Source: an uncultured Chloroflexia bacterium (GTDB taxonomy: Bacteria > Chloroflexota > Limnocylindria > Limnocylindrales > CSP1-4). From it: a stretch of DNA of 64,000 bases. The stretch covers positions 224,001 to 288,000 of the forward strand of contig CAVYIM010000006.1 of the NCBI GenBank assembly GCA_963768655.1, in the 5' to 3' direction. Made by a program: the position numbers and the translations under genes. Each line of letters opens with the position of its first letter. Positions within the stretch are counted from its first letter, which is position 1. Of this stretch, positions 55,919 to 64,000 are shown one piece after another. The notes beneath the pieces are model-generated. The model had not been told where the DNA came from, made no database searches, and was given only the letters and a program-made list of their open reading frames with translations.

Positions 55919-56880
55919 GCGACCGGGGGGCTGCCGAACCTTCGACCGCCCTTCGGGCCGCCTTCTTCGGCAGCGGCTCGTTCGCCGTCCCGATTCTTGA
56001 TGCGCTCGTCGGCCTGGCCGGCATTCGGGTCGAGGCCGTGGTTTCGGTGCCGGATCGACCGGTCGGCCGCAAGGCGATCCTGACGCCGACTCCAGTCGCC
56101 GCCCGGTCGCGGGAGCTGGGCCTGGCGCTCCTGCAGCCGATTCGAGTGCGCCGGCCCGAGGCTGTCGAGGCCCTGAAGGCGCTGGCGCCCGATCTCGTCG
56201 TCCTGGCCGACTACAGCCAGCTGATCCCGCGGGTTCTGCTCGATCTGCCGCCGCGGGGCTTTCTGAACCTGCATCCGTCCGCGCTGCCGCGCTGGCGCGG
56301 CGCGGCGCCCATCCCGGCCACGATCCTGGCCGGGGACACGGAGTCGGCCGTGACGCTGATGATCCTCACCGAGGAGATGGACGCCGGCCCGATCGTGGCG
56401 GTGGAGCCGCTGGCGGTTCGGGACGGCGACACGGCCGTGACGCTGGAGGAGCGGGCGGCCGAGGCGGCGGCGCGACTGCTCGTTCGAGCGCTGCCGGAGT
56501 GGCTGGCCGGGCGGCTCGTTGCCCGGCCGCAGCCGACCGAAGGCGTTACCGTGACGCGGCCGCTTCGTCGTGAGGACGGGCGGCTGGACCCCGGGCGAGC
56601 GGCGGCCGAGCTGGAGCGCCAGGTGCGAGCCTATCAGCTCTGGCCGGGCAGCTTCATCGAGACCGCAGCGGGGCGGCTCATCGTGTGGAAGGCGGCTGCC
56701 TGCCCGAACGAGCCCGGGGACGAGCCCGGGGAACTCGTGGCTCATGCCGATGGTCTAGCTCTGGCCACGGCATTCGGTCGGTTGCGGCTCGACGAAGTGC
56801 AGCTTGCCGGAAAGGTTCGGGTCACCGGGGCCGAGCTCCGTCGCGGATACCGAGGCCTCGTCGGCACGCTCGTCGGCTGA
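55915..56880 (+). CDS. fmt: Methionyl-tRNA formyltransferase
   Basis: FFGS..FA, NLHPSALPRWRGAAPI, MDAGPI. Confidence 0.96.
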   Translation: MSDRGAAEPSTALRAAFFGSGSFAVPILDALVGLAGIRVEAVVSVPDRPVGRKAILTPTPVAARSRELGLALLQPIRVRRPEAVEALKALAPDLVVLADYSQLIPRVLLDLPPRGFLNLHPSALPRWRGAAPIPATILAGDTESAVTLMILTEEMDAGPIVAVEPLAVRDGDTAVTLEERAAEAAARLLVRALPEWLAGRLVARPQPTEGVTVTRPLRREDGRLDPGRAAAELERQVRAYQLWPGSFIETAAGRLIVWKAAACPNEPGDEPGELVAHADGLALATAFGRLRLDEVQLAGKVRVTGAELRRGYRGLVGTLVG

Positions 56881-56928
56881 CGGCTCCGGCCGGGCTCGGC
56901 CGCCGGCGCATGCGATAATCGCCGCCCT

Positions 56929-58200
56929 GTGACCGAGCCATCTGCGGCAGCGCGCGCCCATCGCCAATCGAAGCCCGCCACGGATCCCCGCCCGGGTCTC
57001 AGCGGGTTGGCCGACGACGCCATCGAAGCGTGGCTTACGGCTGAGGGCCAGCCCGCCTACCGAGCCCGGCAGATCCTGGACGGCTTGTGGCGCGGCAACG
57101 CGATCACCGCGGAGGAACTTCGCACCTTGCCGGCCGCCCTCCGCGCCAGCCTGGACCGGGCCTTCCGCTTCGACACGATCGCCGCCGACGAGGTCACCAT
57201 CTCCGACAAGGGGTTGACCGAGAAGACGCTCCACCTGCTCTCCGACGGAGCCCTGATCGAGTCGGTGGTGATGCACTACCCGGCGCGCGGGCGGGGCGAG
57301 GATGGCCGGCCCGAGCATCGCGAGCGGCATACCTTGTGCATCTCCAGCCAGGCCGGCTGCGCCGTGGGGTGTCCGTTCTGCGCCACCGGCGAACTGGGTT
57401 TCGGACGCGACCTCGAAACCGCCGAGATCCTGGACCAGGTACGGCACGCAGCCCGGCGTCTGGCGGCCCGCGGCGACCACCCGACCAACGTCGTCTTCAT
57501 GGGCATGGGCGAGCCGCTCCTCAATCTCGATCGCGTGCTGGAAGCGGTGGCGGGTCTTTCCGACCCGCAGAGGTTCGGCCTGGGCGCTCGCCACGTCGTG
57601 GTCTCGACCTCCGGGGTAGTGCCGGGGATCCGCCGCCTCACGCAGCTCAACCCGCAGTTCACGCTGGCGATCAGCCTGCACGCCGCCCGAGATCCTCTGC
57701 GCGACGTCCTCGTCCCGCTGAACCGCCGCTGGCCCGTCGCCGAGGTCGTCGGGGCGGCCCGCGACCATGCGCGCACAACCGGCCGGCGCGTGAGCTACGA
57801 GTACGTGATGATTTCCGGTGTGAACGATACAGACGTCGACGCGGATGCCCTGGCCGGCCTGTTGCGTGGCGACCTGGCCCACGTCAACCTGATCCCGATG
57901 AATCCCGTCGCGCACACGCCCTGGCAGGCCAGCAGCTCGCAGCGCGTTACGCGTTTCGCCGCGCGCCTGCGGCAGGGCGGTATCGGCGCTACTGTCCGGC
58001 GCAACCGCGGCCAGGACGCCGGCGCGGCCTGCGGCCAGCTGGCGGCCGATCGGGCCGGCGAGCCGCCGGCTCCGACCGTGGCCCACCGGCGCGAGGTCAT
58101 CGTCCGCCAGAGCGAGGCCGCCCTCAGGGGCGACCGCAGCGCCGAGCGCCTGCCGGCGGACCTCGAGGCGGCGGTCGCAGGCCCGTCGGGTGACCGCTGA
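56929..58200 (+). CDS. rlmN: Dual-specificity RNA methyltransferase RlmN (radical SAM)
   Basis: CISSQAGCAVGCPFCATG, MGMGEP, ISLHA, AACGQL. Confidence 0.95.
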   Translation: MTEPSAAARAHRQSKPATDPRPGLSGLADDAIEAWLTAEGQPAYRARQILDGLWRGNAITAEELRTLPAALRASLDRAFRFDTIAADEVTISDKGLTEKTLHLLSDGALIESVVMHYPARGRGEDGRPEHRERHTLCISSQAGCAVGCPFCATGELGFGRDLETAEILDQVRHAARRLAARGDHPTNVVFMGMGEPLLNLDRVLEAVAGLSDPQRFGLGARHVVVSTSGVVPGIRRLTQLNPQFTLAISLHAARDPLRDVLVPLNRRWPVAEVVGAARDHARTTGRRVSYEYVMISGVNDTDVDADALAGLLRGDLAHVNLIPMNPVAHTPWQASSSQRVTRFAARLRQGGIGATVRRNRGQDAGAACGQLAADRAGEPPAPTVAHRREVIVRQSEAALRGDRSAERLPADLEAAVAGPSGDR

Positions 58201-59195
58201 TGGCCCGCCGCCGCATGCTCGTCAGCACGAGCATTCTCGACGCCGACCTGGCCGATCTCGCCCGCGATTGTCGGCGGGCGTTCAGGGCGGGCTCGGACCG
58301 GCTCCATTTGGATGTCATGGACGGCCACTTCGTCCCCAACATCACCTTCGGACCGACGGTCATCAAGCGCCTGCGGCACATCGGCAAGCAGCCGTTCGAC
58401 GCCCACTTGATGATCTCCGAGCCGGGCCGGTACATGGACCAATTCATCGAGGCCGGCTGCGACTCGATCACATTCCACGTCGAGGTCGAAGAGCCGATCG
58501 AGCCGACTCTGCTCAAGATTCGGAAGGCCGGCCGGCAGGCGGGCCTGGCACTGAGGCCGGCGACGCCGCTATCGGCGCTGGAGCCGTACCGTCAGCTGCT
58601 CGACATCGTTATGGTGATGACCGTCGAGCCTGGTTTCGGCGGGCAATCGTTCATGGCGGACGCGGCCACCAAGATCCTGCCGGCGCACGAGCTGTTCCGC
58701 GACCGCGCGCCAGGGCTGCCGGGCGGACAGGTCCACGTCGACGGGGGCGTCAATCGCCACTCGGCGGAGTTGTGCGGTGGGTTTGGAGCGGAGGTGCTGG
58801 TGGTCGGCTCCACGCTGTGGAAGAAGGGCGTGGACATCGCCCGAGAGATACGCTTGATCAAGGCGCTCGCGGACGAGGGCTACGAGAATGGCACCGGCAG
58901 GGGCAGGGCGGCCATCCCACACGATGAGTGGCTCACTTTCGCGACCCTTCCAAGGTCGATCGGCCGGCGGCTGGCCGAAGCGATGGAGGCGGCGGGAATT
59001 GCCGTGATCCAGCTGCGCGCCGACCGCGTGGCCGGGTCCGGGGGGCCGCGGGACTACGAGCTGCTGATACCCGCCGCCAGCGAGTCCGCCGCGATCGAGC
59101 GTTTCGGCCGCGCGCGCGAGCAGGCTCAATCCGCCGCGAAGGCCCGGTGCGAGCCGGCTGCCGAGGCCCGAAGCGAGCAAGGAGAGACTGCGTGA
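58200..59195 (+). CDS. rpe: Ribulose-phosphate 3-epimerase with extra C-terminal domain
   Basis: HLDVMDGHFVPNITFG, DAHLM, MTVEPGFGGQ, VDGG, VVGS. Confidence 0.93.
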   Translation: MARRRMLVSTSILDADLADLARDCRRAFRAGSDRLHLDVMDGHFVPNITFGPTVIKRLRHIGKQPFDAHLMISEPGRYMDQFIEAGCDSITFHVEVEEPIEPTLLKIRKAGRQAGLALRPATPLSALEPYRQLLDIVMVMTVEPGFGGQSFMADAATKILPAHELFRDRAPGLPGGQVHVDGGVNRHSAELCGGFGAEVLVVGSTLWKKGVDIAREIRLIKALADEGYENGTGRGRAAIPHDEWLTFATLPRSIGRRLAEAMEAAGIAVIQLRADRVAGSGGPRDYELLIPAASESAAIERFGRAREQAQSAAKARCEPAAEARSEQGETA

Positions 59196-60463
59196 GCGAG
59201 GAAGCAGCCGCGGGTCAGGCGCTGCCGGCGACTGAGGCCTTGCCGCCGGGCGCTCTCCACACGGACGGCGCCTCGGAGGCCGGGCCGGATGTGCCGCACG
59301 CCCACCTGGGGCGTCGCAACGACCGGCTGCTGCTGGCCGCGATCGCGTCCTACGCGGTCATCCTCTCCATCCTGATGATCGCGCGGGGCATCTCGGTCAC
59401 GCCCGAGCTGATCGTGGTCGCCTTTGGGCTCGCCGCCTTGCTGCTCGGTCGCGGGAAGCTCTTCCTGCGAGACTGGATCCCGTTCCTGGCCCTGTTCTTC
59501 GCCTATGAGCTGATGCGCGGCTATGCCGACAAGTTCGGCCTGCCGATCCACGTCACGGACGTAATCTCGATCGAGCGAATCATCGGCCTCGGCGGCCTGC
59601 CCACGAGCTACCTTCAGCAGCTCCTGCACCACGGCCCGGCATCCGCTCCGGACAACGTGGCGACGATTTCGGTCATCTTCTACTTCCTGCACTTCCCCCT
59701 GCCGCTGGCCGTCGGGTTCCTGCTGTGGATCCACGAGCGCCACTTCTACTACGACTATGTGGCCGCGCTGATCCTGCTGTCGATGGCGGCTTTCGTGACG
59801 TTCCTGCTCCTGCCGGTCGCGCCGCCCTGGTGGGCCGCCCAGAACGGCTACATCACCGGGGTCCTGCATCTGCGCGACACGGGCTTCGATGGGCTGGTGA
59901 GCCTCTTCGGCTTCGGCAAGAACAACTACCTGTACACGTATTCGCTCTACAGCATCAGCTCCAACGACGTGGCGGCATTCCCCTCGCTCCATGCCGCCTA
60001 CCCGTTCCTGGCGTTCCTGTTCGCCAGGCGCGCCTTCGGCAGGGTGGGCTGGCTGATGGCGGCCTATACCGCGTGCGTCTGGTTCGCCATCGTCTACCTG
60101 GGCGAGCACTGGGTCGTCGACATCATCGGCGGCGTCGTCTACGCCTCGATCGCCTATCTGGTAATCCTGCACGGGCCGGCGTGGGGGCGGCGATTCCTGA
60201 AGCAGGTCGCCGACGAGGAGATCGAAGCCGGGGTCGAGGCGGAGGATGCCGGCGAAGCTGGAGCCCTGCGCCGGATCGGCAGGCGGGTACGCTGGGCGCT
60301 GGTCATCCAGGGCGGCGTGGTTGCGGTGTTGGGCCTGGCCGCCGCGTACGCGATCAACACGCAGGACTGGCTCGGCGGCTCTCAGAGCGGGCTCTACCTG
60401 GTCGCGTGGCTGGCCATGCTCGGCGGGTTGTGGCGCGCCGCTGTCGGCCTGGTCAGTCGCTGA
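59192..60463 (+). CDS. PAP2-superfamily membrane phosphotransferase (AUR1/IPC-synthase-like)
   Basis: P.APPW, AAFPSLH and HW..D motifs; many TM helices. Confidence 0.85.
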   Translation: MSEEAAAGQALPATEALPPGALHTDGASEAGPDVPHAHLGRRNDRLLLAAIASYAVILSILMIARGISVTPELIVVAFGLAALLLGRGKLFLRDWIPFLALFFAYELMRGYADKFGLPIHVTDVISIERIIGLGGLPTSYLQQLLHHGPASAPDNVATISVIFYFLHFPLPLAVGFLLWIHERHFYYDYVAALILLSMAAFVTFLLLPVAPPWWAAQNGYITGVLHLRDTGFDGLVSLFGFGKNNYLYTYSLYSISSNDVAAFPSLHAAYPFLAFLFARRAFGRVGWLMAAYTACVWFAIVYLGEHWVVDIIGGVVYASIAYLVILHGPAWGRRFLKQVADEEIEAGVEAEDAGEAGALRRIGRRVRWALVIQGGVVAVLGLAAAYAINTQDWLGGSQSGLYLVAWLAMLGGLWRAAVGLVSR

Positions 60464-60487
60464 GCCGGGCGCGACGGGAGGATCTGA

Positions 60488-60955
60488 ATGCGCGCCCTGC
60501 TGCAGCGGGTTTCTCGCGCTGAGGTCCGGATCGAAGGTGAGTCCGTGGCCTCGATCGGGCCTGGGCTGCTGATACTGCTGGGTGTTGGCCCGGCCGACGA
60601 CGAGTGGGTCGCGTCGGGCCTGGCGGCCAAGGTGGCGGGCCTGCGGATCTTCGCCGACGCCGATGGTCTGACGAACCTATCCGTGACTGAGGTGGGCGGC
60701 TCGGCCCTGGTGGTGAGCCAGTTCACGCTCTACGCGGACACGCGGCGCGGGCGCCGACCATCGTTCATCCGGGCGGCCGGGCCGATCGTCGGCGAGCGGC
60801 TCTACGAGGTCTTCTGCGAGATCCTGGCCAGCTCCGGCATCCCGGTGGCCCAGGGCCGCTTCGGCGCCGAGATGGCGGTCGAGCTGGTCAACGACGGTCC
60901 GTTCACGATCTGGCTCGATTCGGACGAGCTCGGGATCGCCCCGACGCCGGCATAG
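60488..60955 (+). CDS. dtd: D-aminoacyl-tRNA deacylase
   Basis: QRV, SQFTL, GRRPSF, FGA.M.V.LVNDGP.T. Confidence 0.97.
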   Translation: MRALLQRVSRAEVRIEGESVASIGPGLLILLGVGPADDEWVASGLAAKVAGLRIFADADGLTNLSVTEVGGSALVVSQFTLYADTRRGRRPSFIRAAGPIVGERLYEVFCEILASSGIPVAQGRFGAEMAVELVNDGPFTIWLDSDELGIAPTPA

Positions 60956-61092
60956 GGCTAACCTCCGGCCCGGACCCGTGCCGCTGGAGTTCGCGCCGCG
61001 TGCCGGGCCTCGGAATCACGATCGGCGCCGGGCCTGGGGCCCGACGCCGAGCGGATGCGAGTGACTACCGGCCGCGGCGGGCCGGTCTGACC

Positions 61093-61290
61093 TCAGCGAG
61101 CGCCGCGCGAGAGGGTGCGCTGGCAGCGGGTGCAGACCAGGGTCTTCACCATCTTGCCGTTCTGCTCGATCGTCGCCCGCTGGAGGTTCGGGTGGTAGCG
61201 CCGGTGGGCGCGGACCCGGTTCATCCCGGACGACTGCGGGTTGAAGCCGTCTATGGAGACCTTCCCGCAGACGGCGCAGGAGCGAGCCAT
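61093..61290 (-). CDS. rpmB: 50S ribosomal protein L28 (Zn-binding form)
   Basis: MARSCAVCGK..RR..PNLQ..VCTRC; divergent from the Asp23-DAK2-recG cluster. Confidence 0.9.
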   Translation of the reverse strand: MARSCAVCGKVSIDGFNPQSSGMNRVRAHRRYHPNLQRATIEQNGKMVKTLVCTRCQRTLSRGAR

Positions 61291-61395
61291 GAGATCCTCA
61301 CGGTTACTGAACACAAGAGGCGGCCCCGACCGGGGCCGAACGGGGCGGTATGATAGCACACCGTTTCCGCCCTCCAGGCTGGGAGTCGCACGCAC

Positions 61396-61887
61396 ATGCC
61401 CGAGCGCTCGGTGGCCGGCAGATCGATCGTAACCCGGCGTGCCATCGTCGACATAATCCGAACCGCGGTTCAGGGCAGCTACGGCGTGACAGGCTTCAGC
61501 GACCCGTCATTCGCGCGCCGGCTGTCGCGTTGGATCGGCCTCGATCGACCCGGCATCGAGCTCGCGACCGAGGGCGGCCTCAGCCTGGACCTGTACATCA
61601 AAGTCGCCTATGGGATGCCCGTCGCGGAGGTCGCGCGCCAGGTCAATTCGGCGGTGCGTTACTCGCTTCAGAGCCTTGTCGGGGTGGAGATCGCCAGGAT
61701 GACGATCCACGTCGACGGGCTCGGATACCAGCCCACCGCCGTGGAGCGTGCCGAGGCGATCAGACGCGAGCCGGGCGAGGCCGAGGAACCGACCCGGGAT
61801 GTCGCCCAGGACGTGCCCGGCCTGGATCAGGCCCACAAGGCGCCGGCCGAGGGAGAGCGGGCTCCGAGACGACGCAGGACCAGATGA
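61396..61887 (+). CDS. Asp23/Gls24 family protein (YloU-like)
   Basis: SYGV.G, V.YG....EVA..V...VRY, IHVDG; position between rpmB and DAK2. Confidence 0.88.
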   Translation: MPERSVAGRSIVTRRAIVDIIRTAVQGSYGVTGFSDPSFARRLSRWIGLDRPGIELATEGGLSLDLYIKVAYGMPVAEVARQVNSAVRYSLQSLVGVEIARMTIHVDGLGYQPTAVERAEAIRREPGEAEEPTRDVAQDVPGLDQAHKAPAEGERAPRRRRTR

Positions 61888-61903
61888 CCCATCGAGTGTC
61901 CCG

Positions 61904-63718
61904 ATGACGCGGCGCGCTGGCGACGGGGCCGGTCTTCTGGCGGCCTTCCGAGCCGCTGTCGACAACCTCGCCGGCCACGTCGACGAGGTCAACGCCCTCA
62001 ACGTCTTCCCCGTGCCCGACGGCGACACCGGCAGCAACATGCTCGCCACGGTCCGCGCGGCGCTCACGGAGGCGGAGGGAGTGGCCGAGAGGTCGGCCGA
62101 CCGCGTGGCCATGGCCATCAGCTTCGGGGCGCTGATGGGCGCGCGCGGCAATTCCGGCGTCATCGCCTCGCAGATCTTCCGCGGCATGGCCGAGGGACTT
62201 GGCGGGAAGGATCGTTTCGACGGCGCCGATCTCGCCCGATCCCTGACTCAGGGAACGGCCACGGCCTACAAGGCTGTCGCCAAGCCGGTCGAGGGCACGA
62301 TTCTGACGGTCATCCGGGAAGCGTCCGCGGCCGCGGTGGTCGTGTCCGAGGAGGGCGGCGATCTCGAGTCGGTACTGGCCGCCGCGGTGCGGGGGGCCCA
62401 AGAGGCCGTGGCCAGGACGCCGTCGATGCTGCCGATCCTGCGGGACGCCGGCGTGGTCGATGCCGGTGGGCAGGGCCTGCTGCGGCTGCTGCAGGGGGCT
62501 CTCCAGTACATCGTGGCCCAGAACCCGGCCCCGGCAGCAACGGCCGATAGAGCCGCCCACAGGCGAATCGCCAGGCCGGCTGCCCCCGCCGACGGGGAGT
62601 TCGGCTACGAGACCATGTTCCTGCTCCACACCCGAGACGCGCCGCTGGACCTGGAGCGGCTGCGGGCCGGCCTCGAGCGAATGGGCGACTCGGTCCTGGT
62701 GGCCGGCGACGGTCGGGCGGCGAAAGTGCACGTCCACAACGACCGGCCGGACCGAGTCATAGCGCTCGGGTTGTCCATGGGCTCGCTGACGCGCATAACC
62801 GTTGAGAATCTCGACTCACAGAGCCAGGAAGTCCGTGATAAGAGGGAGGCCGAGCTCAGCGTGGGTCAGGAACCGGGACAGGTCGGGGCCACGGACGAGC
62901 CGGGCTTGTATGGGGCCGGCAATCCTGGCCGCGCGCGCGGCGGCCGTCACGAGACGCGTCCGCACGTGGATCTCGAGATGTACGACGCGCAGGCCGAAGG
63001 CGCTCCGCGTGAGACGAGCGGGTCAGATGGGACGGGCGACGGCGCCGCGGCCGAGGAAACAGTTCCGCTGGCAGTGGTGGCGGTCGCCGCCGGAGACGGG
63101 CTGGCGCGCATCTTCAACTCGTACGGCGTCGCCGCGGTCGTACACGGCGGCCAGACCAACAACCCGTCCACGGGCGAGTTGCTCGACGCGGTCGAGAAGA
63201 TCGCCGCCGACGAGATCCTGTTGCTGCCCAACAACCCGAATGTCGTTCTGGCGGCCCGACAGGCTTCCGAGATGACCACGCGGCGGGTTCGGGTCGTGCC
63301 CACCCGAAACGCCGCCGAAGGCTTCGCCGCACTCCTCGCCCTCGATCCGGATCGCGACGCAACGGCCAACGCCGAGTTCATGACGCTGGCCGGCCGGGCG
63401 GTCCAGACGCTGCAGGTCACCGAAGCGGTTCGCGACGCCGTCATCGGCGGCCGCAGGGTTCGGTTGGGCCAGACGATCGTGCTCGACCCGGACGACGGCC
63501 TGCTGGCGGTGAACACCGATCGAATGAAGGCCGTCCTCGCGGCCCTGCGGGCCCTGGAGCCCGGCTTCGAGCTGGTGACGATCTACTACGGCGACGGCGC
63601 CGACCTCGCAGAGGCGGAGAGCGTGGCCGGCCGGATCGGGGAGGCGCTCCCGGGCGTGGAGGTGGAGGTGATCCACGGCGGACAGCCCCACTACCGGTAC
63701 CTCGTCGCGGCCGAGTAG
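61904..63718 (+). CDS. fakA: DAK2-domain fatty acid kinase subunit A (YloV/FakA)
   Basis: LNVFPVPDGDTGSNM, GARGNSG, EGTILTV, KVHVH, GGQT.NPS, GGQPHY. Confidence 0.92.
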   Translation: MTRRAGDGAGLLAAFRAAVDNLAGHVDEVNALNVFPVPDGDTGSNMLATVRAALTEAEGVAERSADRVAMAISFGALMGARGNSGVIASQIFRGMAEGLGGKDRFDGADLARSLTQGTATAYKAVAKPVEGTILTVIREASAAAVVVSEEGGDLESVLAAAVRGAQEAVARTPSMLPILRDAGVVDAGGQGLLRLLQGALQYIVAQNPAPAATADRAAHRRIARPAAPADGEFGYETMFLLHTRDAPLDLERLRAGLERMGDSVLVAGDGRAAKVHVHNDRPDRVIALGLSMGSLTRITVENLDSQSQEVRDKREAELSVGQEPGQVGATDEPGLYGAGNPGRARGGRHETRPHVDLEMYDAQAEGAPRETSGSDGTGDGAAAEETVPLAVVAVAAGDGLARIFNSYGVAAVVHGGQTNNPSTGELLDAVEKIAADEILLLPNNPNVVLAARQASEMTTRRVRVVPTRNAAEGFAALLALDPDRDATANAEFMTLAGRAVQTLQVTEAVRDAVIGGRRVRLGQTIVLDPDDGLLAVNTDRMKAVLAALRALEPGFELVTIYYGDGADLAEAESVAGRIGEALPGVEVEVIHGGQPHYRYLVAAE

Positions 63719-63722
63719 AGGA

Positions 63723-64000
63723 GTGGCGACGCGGGGGCCGGGCCATTCGACGTCGCGTGGCGGGGCCACCAGGGTGGCCGTGGCGCGCGCCCCTGTCGGC
63801 CCGGCAACGAAGATAGGGGAGAGCGGCTTCGCCGGCGCGACGGCGCTGCGGCGCGTGGGGCCACGGCTCGGAATCTTCACGGTCCGGGACCTGCTGTTCC
63901 ATTTGCCCCGCCGCTACGACGATCTGCGGGCCCTGAGCACGGCGCGTGAACTCGCCTGGGTGCCCGACGGCGAACTGGCCAGCGCCAGGCTCCAGGTCCG
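63723..64000 (+). CDS. recG: ATP-dependent DNA helicase RecG, N-terminal part (runs off window)
   Basis: RLGIFTVRDLLFHLPRRYDD; conserved DAK2-recG order. Confidence 0.88.
   Translation, partial: MATRGPGHSTSRGGATRVAVARAPVGPATKIGESGFAGATALRRVGPRLGIFTVRDLLFHLPRRYDDLRALSTARELAWVPDGELASARLQV

Overview
High-GC (roughly 70% by eye) bacterial chromosome segment, mostly housekeeping. Gene content and protein style suggest Chloroflexota, possibly Limnocylindria/Ellin6529; this is an inference. It carries DNA repair and replication genes (end of uvrA, short UvrD-like helicase, uvrC, frameshifted recJ, ssb, priA, start of recG), Sec components (secD, secF, secG), rapZ-yvcK-whiA-tpiA-gpmI and translation genes (rpsF, rpsR, rpmB, ileS, def, fmt, rlmN, rluA-family, dtd). 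Also present are 8 tRNAs, lemA-htpX, an ECF sigma/anti-sigma pair, two small Flp pilins missed by the ORF track, and envelope glycan genes (GT-C-like, processive GT2, LCP). I found no CRISPR array, integrase, transposase, prophage, defence island or clear-cut new multi-gene system. The best leads are: (1) a separately promoted tRNA-Leu(UAA) with non-canonical C33 next to an anti-sigma gene containing a TTA codon (bldA-like control hypothesis); (2) a 191-bp inverted-repeat-bounded element after tRNA-Val; (3) pervasive leaderless promoter architecture; (4) an IleRS with GVHH/QMHKS motifs; (5) an Rpe fused to an extra C-terminal domain; (6) Ser/Thr/Pro-rich inserts in exported proteins, including SecF, together with a GT-C-like enzyme. 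Start codons were chosen by eye and no database searches were run.
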